Positions 1-9,645 of a stretch of 64,000 nt of DNA are shown here, in pieces. The stretch's first letter is position 1, and the number at the start of each line of letters is the position of its first letter. Source of the stretch: Mobula hypostoma. Taxonomy: Eukaryota. The notes beneath the pieces are model-generated. The model had not been told where the DNA came from and did not search any database. It was given only the letters and a program-made list of their open reading frames with translations. The DNA lies in assembly GCF_963921235.1 (NCBI RefSeq), contig NC_086108.1:71860001-71924000 (forward strand). The letters are read 5' to 3'. The position numbers were made by a program, and so were the translations under genes.

Positions 1-1450
1 TGGATGTGTTGAAAGACATTTTTAATCTGTTATTGTTACAGTCAGAAGTTCCCACCTGCTCCAAAAGGGCAACGATTATGCCAGTACCCAAAAAGAGCAG
101 GGTGAGCTGTCTTAACGACTATCATCCTGTAGCACTCACATTTATGGTGATTAAGTGCTTTGAAAGAGAGAGAGAGAGGCTGGTTATGGCTAGAATTAAC
201 TCCTGTCTCAGCATGGACTGGAAGCACTACAATTTGCCTATCACCACAATAGGTCTATGGCAGATGCAATCTTATTGACTACAGCTCAGCGCTTAACAAA
301 AGTATTCCTACAGTTCAGATCAAAGAGATCCAAAACCTGGGCCTCAGTACTGCCCTCTGCAACTGGATCTTCAGCTTCCTAACCAGAGGACCACAATGGG
401 TGGATTGGAAATAACATCTCCACTTCGCTGAGAATCAACACTGGTGCACCTCAGGGATATGTGCTCAGCCCACTGCTCTACTCTACACTCATAACTGCGT
501 AGCTAGGCACAGCACAAATGCCATCTATAATTAGCCGATGACACAATTATTGTTGGCAGAATTTCAGATGGTGACGAGTGGAAGTGCAGGAACCAGATTT
601 ATCAGTTGGTTGAGTGGTGTCACAACTTTGCTTTCAACATCAATAAGACCAATGAACTGATTGTGGACTTCAGAAAGTGTCAGACGAGGGAACACACACC
701 CGTCCTCATAGAGGGATCAGAAGTGGAAAGAGTGAGCAATTTCAAGTTCCTGAGTGTCAGTTTCTCTGAGGATCTATCCTGGGCCCAACATGTCAATGCA
801 CCTACAAAGGAAACACGACAGTGGCTGTATTTCATTAGGAATTTGATGAGACTTGGTATCACCAAAGACACTGGCAGATTTCTACAGATGTACTGTGGAG
901 CGTACTCTAACTGGTTGCATCACCGTCTGATATGAAGGGGGCGGTATTGCACAGGGTTGAAATAAGCTGCAGAGAGTTATAAACCTGGTCAGCTCCTTCA
1001 TGGGCACTAGCCTTCATAGTATCCAGGACATCTTCAAGCAGCGATGCCTCAGAAAGGCAGCATCCATCATTGAGGACCCCCATCCCCTCTTCTCATTGCT
1101 ACCATTAGGAAGGAGGTATAGAAGCTTGAAGGCACATACTCAATAATTCAGTAACAGCTTCTTCCCCTCTGCCATCTAATTTTTGAATGGAGATTGAATG
1201 CAAGAACACTACCTCAGTAACAAGAGAAAATCTGCAGATGCTAGAAATCAAAGCAATGCACACAAAATGCTGGGGGAGCTCAGCAGACCAGGCAGCATCT
1301 TTGGAAAAAGGAAAAAAAGACACTTGACTGTTTACTCTTTTCCATAGATGCTGCCTGGCCTGCTGAGTTCCTCCAGCATTTTGTGTGTAGCACTACCTCA
1401 CCACCGTTTATTTATTTTTGTGCTACCTATTTAATTTAACTATATATACA
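1..1450 (+). mobile_element. Rex1/Babar-type LINE, decayed RT region and 3' UTR (runs off window start)
   Basis: Broken frames give [52 protein letters not shown] and VDFRK..VERVSNFKFL..WAQH, typical of Rex1-clade RT; multiple frameshifts. Confidence 0.85.
1219..1390. mobile_element. Short palindromic Penelope-terminus-derived non-autonomous element
   Basis: Arm cacacaaaatgctgg..ctcagcag.ccaggcagcatct.tggaaaa is inverted against ttttccatagatgctgcctggcctgctgagttcctccagcattttgtgtg; flanked by direct repeat cactacctca (1207-1216, 1391-1400). Confidence 0.75.
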
Positions 1451-2150
1451 GTTTTTTCCTCACCGTATGGGTGGTGTGTATGTGAATGTTTCCCTCAACA
1501 ATCTTGGGCGGGTCCTCTACCAGAAGCCTGGGAGCTTGGTTTGAGGGTTTGGTGCAGTATGCTAGTAGTGCACTCTTCTGGACCGAGATCTCAGATGTTG
1601 TTCCCGGGATTTGTTGGAGCCACTCTCCCAGTCGAGGTGTCACAACCCCAAGTGCTCCTATCACCACCGGGGTTACTCTGGCGTTAACCTCCCACATCCT
1701 TTCTATCTACTCTTTCAAGACCTGGTATTTCTCCAGCTTCTCATATTCTTCCTTCCTGATTTACAATTAAAGTAAGGAATAGATTTCAAAGTCTAGAAAC
1801 AGAATCTGTTGAAGATGATAGCAATCATGTCGAAATGAAGTTTAACTATCTAAAGGATGCCTTGGTAGAATCAGCAAAGTCAGTGATTTCTAAAAAAGGA
1901 AAAAGCACTAAGAATAAATGGATGACAGATGAAATCAAAAATCTAATGGATGAAAGGAGATGGAAGAAAGCAAATCCTATAGAATGTAAGTCCTTAGATA
2001 AAAAAGTTAAAAGCTTATGTCAAAAAGCCAAAGAAGAATGGTTAAACCAGGAATTTGAGCAAATAGAGAGAATCCCTATTACTGATCCAAAAAGGTTACA
2101 TCAACAAATCAAGAATATCACTGGTAAAAAGCTCCTCTGTTCTTCAGGTA

Positions 2151-2280
2151 AACAACAGGAATTCTGTAGATGCTGGGAATTCAAGCAACACACATCAAAG
2201 TTGCTGGTGAACGCAGCAGGCCAGGCAGCATCTCTAGGAAGAGGTGCAGTCAACGTTTCAGGCCGAGACCCTTCGTCAGG
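2151..2280 (-). mobile_element. Single-arm Penelope-derived short element inserted in frame in the RTE ORF
   Basis: Nearly identical to the left arm of the 24516-24744 element; flanked by tcaggta at 2144-2150 and 2276-2282 (132-bp offset). Confidence 0.85.
2247..2280 (-). ncRNA. Minimal type I hammerhead ribozyme-like motif (5' strand of helix I truncated)
   Basis: Minus strand reads CUGACGA-AGG-GUCUCGG-CCU-GAAA-CG-UU-GACUG: both conserved core boxes, a 3-bp helix II and the palindromic ACGU in place of helix III, as in Penelope-associated hammerheads. Confidence 0.65.
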
Positions 2281-5260
2281 TAGATGTTTGAAAGCAAAGG
2301 ATGGTACCATTATCATGGAAAAAGATGAGATTATGAACAGGTGGACTGAGTATATTCAGGAATTGTTTGAAGACGATCGAGGCAAAAAACCAGAAACTAA
2401 GAAAAATATTGAAGGTCCAAGTATTTTAAAATCTGAAGTTCGCAATGCAATAAATAAAATGAAGAAAGGAAAGGCAGCAGGTCCTGATGAATTAGTAACA
2501 GAACAAATTATCACCCTTGTAGATTATGGAATTGAAAAACTTACTGATTTAATCAATGACATTTACGAGACTGGAATAATACCAGAAGAGATGAAAAAAT
2601 CAGTATTTATCACTCTTCCTAAGAAACCTGGAGCAAAAGAATGTGAATTACATAGAACCATAAGTTTAATGAGTCATATCACCAAGATACGTCTAAGAAT
2701 TTTGATGACAAGAGCTAAGAGTAAGATACAAGCTGAGATAGGTAAAGAACAACGTGGTTTTGTGAAAGACAAAAGTACAAGAAACGCAATATTGATGTTA
2801 AGGATACTATCAGAATGAGCTATTCAAGTGCAAAAAGATTTGTTTGTTTTATTGACTACACAAAAGCATTTGATAAAGTGAAGCACAATAAGTTATTTGA
2901 AATATTACAGAAAACTCTAGATTTAGATTCAAAAGACATCTGCCTGATCAGAAATCTGTACTGGGAACAGACTGCCGCTGTAAGGATAGATGGAGAAGTG
3001 AGTCAGTTTACGAAAATCAAGAGAGGCATTAGACAAGGGTGTGTTTTCTCCCCTGATTTATTTAACGTGTACAGTGAAACAATATTACAAAAAACAAGAG
3101 ACATCTTGGGAATCAAAGTTGGTGGTGAAAACATCAATAATTTCAGATATGCAGATGACACTGTGTTAATTGCAAGTATGGAGGAAGAACTACAAAACTT
3201 AATTTATACAATTGTTGAAGAAAGTGCAAAAACAGGTCTATCTATCAATTGCAAAAAGGCAGAATGTATGGTGATATCCAAAAAGAAGGAGAATCCTATC
3301 TGCAGGCTGAGAATAAATGAGGAAGACATAAAACAAGTAAAGAACTTTTGCTACTTAGGAAGCTGGGTGAGATCAGATGGCAGGTGCGACATGGACATCA
3401 AAAGAAGAATAGGGATGGCAAAAGACACCTTTACGAGAATGAAGAGTATACTGACCACTACTAGACTAGTCATGACAACCCGTCTCAGAGTACTGAAATG
3501 TTACGTTTATCCAGTTATGTTATATGGCTCAGAATGTTGGACAATACCTAGTAACATGAGGAAATGAATTGAAGCAGCAGAGATATGGTTTTTGAGGAGG
3601 ATGCAAAGAATATCATGGATGAAACGAATATCTAATGAGGATGTCATGAACAGAGCAAACACAAAAAGAGAAATAATGTATGAGATCATGAAAAGGCAAC
3701 GTAACTTCATTGGACATGTGATTAGGAAAGAGGATTTAGAGTGCATGGTAATTATGGGAAAGATTGAAGGGAAGAAAGCAAGAGGAAGACAAAGTCAAGT
3801 GATGATGGAGACAGCAGCCAGAGAACTAGAAATGAATACCAATGAATTGATCCACTTGACCCGCAACAGGAGTGTGTGGGACATGGCAGTCAAAGCTCAA
3901 ACTGGGCATTGCACCTGATGATGATGATGATGATGATGATGTTACTGTCATTTGGGATTGCCACATCTAATACTATTGCTTTCTTCTGTTCCTTGACCAG
4001 TATTACTATGTCAGGTTGCTTGGCCAGTACCTGCCTATCAGCCGGTGTTTAGAAGTCCCACGAGATCTTAGCTCTGTCATTTTCCACTACCTTCTCAGGA
4101 GTTTCCCATTTGGACTTGGGAGTGTCCAATCCATACTCAGTGCAGATGTTCCTGTGCACCATTCCTGCAACTTGGTTATGCCATTCAGTGTGTGCTGGTC
4201 CCCGCCTGCATCTTGCACCCTGCTACTACGTGCAGGATGATTTCAGCAGATTTCCTGTACAGTTTGCATCTTGGGTCTTGTCTGGTGTGGTAGAGCCCTG
4301 CTTCTATTGCTCTTGTGCTCAGCGTCTGTTCTTGTGCAGCCATGAGCAGTGCCTCTGTGCTGTCCCTCAGCCCTGCCATTTCCAGCCATTGGTAGGACTT
4401 CCTTATGTCAGCCACCTCAGATATCTGGTGATGGTACATCCCGTGCAGTGGCTTGTTCTGCCGTGGCCTCTGGTCCTCTGGCTCTGCTTCACCCACTTCC
4501 ATTTCCATATCTCCTGCATGCTGTCTGAGGTATTCTCCTAGCAGGTCATCTTAGGGGCCATCTTCTTGACATATTCCTGGATGTTTCACTTTTCTTCCAG
4601 AGCTGTGGCCCTGACACTTCCAAGTCCCCGTCCTCCTTTATTCTGGCTGGTGTACAGTTGCTTGACGTTGGACTCTGGATGGAATCCTCCATGCATTGTT
4701 AGTAGTTTCTGGGTCTTGATGTCAGCGGCTTTCAGTTTGTTCCTTGGCCAGCACACTATTGCGGCTGAGTTTCTGATGACTGGGAGAGCAAATGTGTTGA
4801 TGGCTCTGATCTTGTTCTTTCCATTCAGCTGACCTTTTAGGACCTGTCTCACTCTTCGTAGATACTTGGAAGTTGCAGCCTTCCTTGTGTCCTTATCATG
4901 GCTTCCATGTGCCTGCAGAATCCCCATGTAATTGTAACTGTCCTGTACATCTTGTACGTGGCCTTTGCCAACTCAGTTCCTTCAGTCTGGAGAAGTTTGC
5001 CTCTTTTCACGCCCTTGCGGCTGCACTTTTCGAGTCCCAATGACATCCTGATGTCTCTGCTGTACACCCTGGTCAGGTGGATTGGTGAGTCAATGTCTCT
5101 TTCATTTCTGGCATACAGCTTGATGTCATCCATGTACAGGAGGTTGCTGATGGTCACTGCACTCTTGAACCTGTACCCATATCCACTCTTTGAGATGATC
5201 TGGCTGAGGGGGTTCAAGCCTATTCAGAACAGGAGTGGGGACAGTGCATCACCTTGGTAT

Positions 5261-5646
5261 AGAAACATAGAAAACCTACAGCACAATACAGGCCCTTCGG
5301 CCCACAATGCTGTGCCCAACATGTACTTACTTTAGAAATTACCTAGGGTTACCCATAGCCCTCTATTTTTCTAAGCTCCATGTACCTATCCAGGATCCTC
5401 TTAAAAGACCGTATCATATCTGCATCCACCCCCGTTGCCAGCAGCCCATTCCATGCACTCACCATTCTCTGTGAAAAAAAAACTTACCCCTGACATCTCC
5501 TCTGTACCTACTTCCAAGCACCTTAAAACTGTCCTCCCATGTTAGCCATTTCAGCACCTGGAAAAAGCCTCTGACTATCCACATGATCAATGCCTCTCAT
5601 TATCTTATACGCCTCTATCAGGTCACCTCTCTTCCTGTCACCTCTC
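5261..5646 (-). mobile_element. CR1 LINE 3' fragment nested in the R4 RT domain
   Basis: Starts with tail agaaacatagaaaacctacagcacaatacaggcccttcggcccaca, the reverse complement of the 54600-54670 CR1 end; splits host GIY|QGD. Confidence 0.88.
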
Positions 5647-8170
5647 ATATTCCACATCTGATGGTCACTTGTGCTATTGGCTTTGGGTTAACATCTAGCA
5701 TTGTCCTCCAACTGCGCATTGAGTCCTTGAAAATCTTTGGCATCTTGTTGACCTTGTACAGAGACAGGCATTCCAGAATCCATGTGTGGGGCATTGAGTC
5801 GTACGCTTTCTGGTAGTGGATCCAGGCTGTGTTTAGATTGGTTTGCCTGGTCTTGGAGTCTTGCATGACTGCTTTGCCTACCAGTAGTTGGTACTTGGAG
5901 CCTCTGGTTCCAATACCAATCCCCCTCTGAGCAGGGGCTGAGGAATTTACACACACGTTCCTTCAGCTTGGTGGCTATGATGCCCGACAGGAGCTTCCAT
6001 GTTGTGGACAGTCAGGTGATAAGCCCAGTAGCTTGATGCTGCTGCTCCTTTGTGAGGTTCCTTCATTATGAGCACTGTCCTTCTTTGAGTAGCCAGGCAG
6101 GGTGGTAGCCTGCTTCAAGCAGTTGCTTCATTTCAGCTGCCAGCCATGTATGCAACGCTGTTCGTTTCTTCAGCCAGTAGGTGTGGATTTTGTTAGGCAC
6201 TGGTGTGGTCTGGTTCTTCATACTTGCTACCTGTTGCTGGACATCCACTGCTGTGATGGTGACTGGTTCTTCATCCGAGGGATTGCAGGGGCTTGCCTGT
6301 AGGTCTTTCAGCCATTAGACACTGGTGTGATATGATGCTTCTTTCTCCCATATGCTCTTTCAGTACTCCTCTCTTGCTGCTTTGGTTGGTTCAGGTACTG
6401 GCATGTTGCTGCACTGGAAATGTGTGAATACTCTTCCTGGTAAGAGTGTGTTAATTTTCTTGCATCATCGGTGTATCTCTGTAGTCTGGTGGCCAGAGCT
6501 GTCAACCGTAGCTTGGCAGTTTCCAGGTCTTTGGCTATGGACACACCTCTGTACTGCCTTAGTAGCTGAGATGAGTCTTTGGACTTGCGACTTTTTTGCA
6601 GCTCAGAGCTTCATCTCAGTGGTTTTCATCTTGGCTTTTAATCGTCGCCTCCCGGGGGGTGGGGGGCAGGTTATAACATTACTCTCCTCTGTATTTCATC
6701 TTGTAGCCCAGCGTTCCTAAGCCTCTGCTGCCGATGCATATATCAGGTTATCGGTCTCAATTATGTTGGAGGTTGCAATTGCGAGTAGTGCTTCATTGGC
6801 TGCCTCTAGCATGCTGTCTGATGAAGTTTATCAACAAGTTTGGGGAGCCCAGTTCATTGATTGACTGTCGCCAGTTTAGTTTTGATCTTCCCTTTGATTA
6901 CAGCAGCCAGCATCCATACGCTGGTGAGGTTCGAACTTGCATTTCCCATGTACAACGCAATGCTATTGCCGTTGCACCTTCTGTGAGTTGTGGAGGTGGG
7001 GTTTGAACTTGTATTTCCCGATCGGCTTGGTTCTGCGGTTATGTTGCCATGGTGTGTTGTGATTGTATGTCTTCCAATTCAAGATGTGGTAGCAATCCTC
7101 TGTTGACAGTGTTTGATCGCTGGGTAGCCAGTTGTTTTTTTCATGAATGTAGACGACGGTCTTCTTGTTACTGGAGTCCCCACATGCGCTTGATGTATCC
7201 TCCCTCTTGTGGGTTGCTATCAAAGTAGCTTTCCAGTAATTCCATGTTGTCCTGTCTCATCCATTTATGTTGTTCCAGTAGCCAATTTCTTGCCAGCTGG
7301 ACCCAGTTCCCCATCCTTTGGTGCAGACTTTGTTAATCTGGGCGACAACCGAGCCGGCATGACTATTCCTGTTCTTGTCATTCTCATCCGGATGATTTTG
7401 TGGGTTAGTGTAAGTGTGAGGGGCAATTCTGATTCTGAGATGATACAAAAGAATACCACTAGGTGGCGCTGTGCCCATGTCTCAGAACTGCAGAGAACAC
7501 CACTTAAAAACCAGGCCTAACAAATCTAATGTGCTACAATGCGTCTCCACCAGGGACCTGCTCCAGTTCCTGCTGAAACCACAGGGGATGAATTCATAGA
7601 GCAGGAGCTGTGAAAGCTGTGGGAATCCTGCATCTCGAGAATAGTTATGCAAGGCAGCCACATTTAGTATCAAAAAGAAACATAGTCACTCGTTGGGCTT
7701 GAGCTGTTACAGCAGTGGTTCTCAATGTAATCCAAGCTTTGAAAAGTGGATCTGACCCAGTTATAGTTATTGCATCATCAGAAAATTGCATGGGGGAATG
7801 GAAGAGAGTCCTCCAGTTATGTAATTTATGTCCCAGGGATCTGATGAAGCAGATTTGTGCTCCAAAGTGCCGTTGTAAGAGAACATTTGAATGTTGGGTC
7901 TCAGTACTGGCTGTCTTATAATGCGTGTGTGCTACTTGGTGTCTGAGGTTTGGGGTATAATGGTGGATATAGCATTTGATGATGCGTTATTGACCTTGAT
8001 CAAGCATGTGACATCATTGAACTCATGGCACTGAAGCCAACTTTCTTGTACTCACCTACATTTGAATTATAAGAATAGTAGGCAGGTTATATAGAATAGG
8101 ATGTAAAGTTGGGGATGTGCTACGTTCACCTACCTCAGGGTAAGGTAAAGTGCATATCCCAGCCCCTGGG

Positions 8171-8469
8171 TGTCAGGCCTGTTCCCGTAGGCATCTCCCA
8201 GTCTCCACCTAGCTTAGAGGATTGACCTGCCCCATTCTAGACTGATCACCTTCAGCCTATTTAACCCCAGTCCTCATCCAGTTGCTTCCAGCTTTCACTC
8301 TCCCTGTCTACAGTTTACCTTGTTGCCTGTTGTGTTTTGTTTCTGTTCTCTCTTGGGTTTTGGCCCTTGTGGTTTGTTAATTTACAGTCTATTATTAAAG
8401 TTATTGTTTACTGCTAAATCACCTCTGCTGTTCTGCTTCTGGGTCAAACCTCCCCTACGTTTCCTGACA
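8171..8469 (+). repeat. 5' LTR of the chromovirus-like element
   Basis: tgtcagg...cctgaca terminal inverted repeat; attaaa signal; similar to 12432-12747. Confidence 0.88.
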
Positions 8470-8991
8470 AGGTGAGTGGAACATCAGTTGAGCATGCTCA
8501 CCTAAAGGAAATCATCTGTAGGCAAGAGCACACGATCCGGAAGCAGCAGAGAATCATTGACCATCTGTCTCGGTACAGCAGCTTCGCGCCAGTCAACCTC
8601 CTCACTCTGAGACCCCGGATTCCTGCGGCCGAATGCTTGGGTGGATCCCCAGCCTGATGGCGCAGCTTCCTGTCCCAGTGCGTCTTACACTTCGAGCTCC
8701 AGCCATCTACGAACCGATCAAGATTGCCTTCCTCATTTCTCTCTTGTCCTGGTGAGCTCTGACCTAACCAGGACAGTAAGACCACCATTTGCAATAAGTA
8801 TGAGGAATTCACGGCTGAGGTGTGCTGGTTTATCGTTGGAATTCAGGACCCTGCTGGCGGAATATGACAGGAACGTGGAAGTGCTGCCAGCCCATTGCCA
8901 TCACAGCCTCCCGGGGTGTTTGGAAGATGAACTGTCTACCCGGGCGATGCCCAATGACCTGGCAAACCTCATCACTTTGGCTCTTTGTATT

Positions 8992-9147
8992 AGACCTTAA
9001 GATACAGCAGCAGAATTAGGTCATTTGGCCCATCGAGTCTGCTGCACCATTTCATCATGGCTGATCCAATTTTCCTCTCAGCCCCAACCTCTGGCCTTCT
9101 CCCCATATCCCTTTGTGCCCTGATTCTGTAAGAATCTTATGGAAAGC
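8992..9147 (-). mobile_element. Short CR1 3'-end fragment inserted in gag
   Basis: agaccttaagatacagcagcagaattaggtcatttggcccatcgagtctgct matches the reverse complement of the 21240-21306 CR1 tail; gag LALCI|DQ resumes after it. Confidence 0.8.
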
Positions 9148-9442
9148 ATTGACCAGCTCATCAGCCAGACCTCCACTTCTGTTCCCAGAACCATTTCAGG
9201 CTGCAGGACTCCTTATTACCTATGCCTTCAGAACTCAGTCAGGGAACGCTTCCTAAATACCCCCCCCCCCCACAAAGAGTGTAAGCTTCGGTGGAGAAGC
9301 CACGTGTGTCTACCGCGGAGCAGCTGACCACCGACGCACCGAATGCCCGTCGTGCCCAGAAAACGGTGCCTCCAGGTAGTGAGGAGAGGCTTTCTATCTG
9401 ACAGGTTTTGCCCGGTGCCTTGTTTCAGCACCATAGGTTGAT

Positions 9443-9645
9443 TCCCCTCTCCCCCCCTCTCCCCCTCTCTCCCCCTCTCTCCCCCTCTCTCCCCCTGTTC
9501 CCCCCTCTCCCCCTCCCCCTCTCTCCCCCTCTCCCCCCTCCCCTCTCTCCCCCTCTCCCCCCTCTCTCTCCCCCTCTCTCTCCCCCTCCCCCTCTTCCCC
9601 CTCTCTCCCCCGTTCCCCCCTCTCCCCCTCTCCCCCCCTCCCTCC
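9443..9645. repeat. C/T low-complexity tract (ccccctctct-like units)
   Basis: About 200 bp almost purely C/T. Confidence 0.95.

Larger units (their letters stand above)
1761..3940 (+). mobile_element. RTE-clade LINE, 5'-truncated, nested in the R4 element
   Basis: ORFs 1835-2818, 2815-3567 and 3592-3918 give GKAAGPDE, HRTISLMSH, FIDYTKAFDKV, GIRQGCVFSP, RYADD, YGSECWT and GKIEGKKARGRQ; (TGA)8 tail at 3916-3940; splits host codons PNDSN|IRK. Confidence 0.92.
1452..7470 (-). mobile_element. R4-clade (Rex6/Dong-like) non-LTR retrotransposon with restriction-like endonuclease, near full length, decayed and interrupted
   Basis: N-terminus MPARLSP...ATGT (~7360); RT motifs AWIHYQKAYDSMPHTWI, TIRCGIYQGD and NLLYMDDIKLYA; AAQEQTLSTRAIEAG..QDPRCKL...HVVAGC zinc knuckle; RLE tail D.AIPNDSNIRK..YEKLEKYQ..VTPVVIGALG; 5' boundary approximate. 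Confidence 0.85.

Noticed and set aside
166..178. ERERER insertion in the Rex1 ORF
   Set aside because: Simple (GA)n slippage in a dead copy
4016..7223. Many short + strand ORFs
   Set aside because: Antisense shadows of the minus-strand R4 ORF
7713..7890. Old hAT MITE starting cagtggttctcaa
   Set aside because: Only one convincing TIR-like end and no TSD; too weak to call
8620..8990. Domesticated gag gene (PEG10/RTL-like)
   Set aside because: Stops, frameshifts and a CR1 insertion, with both LTRs still present
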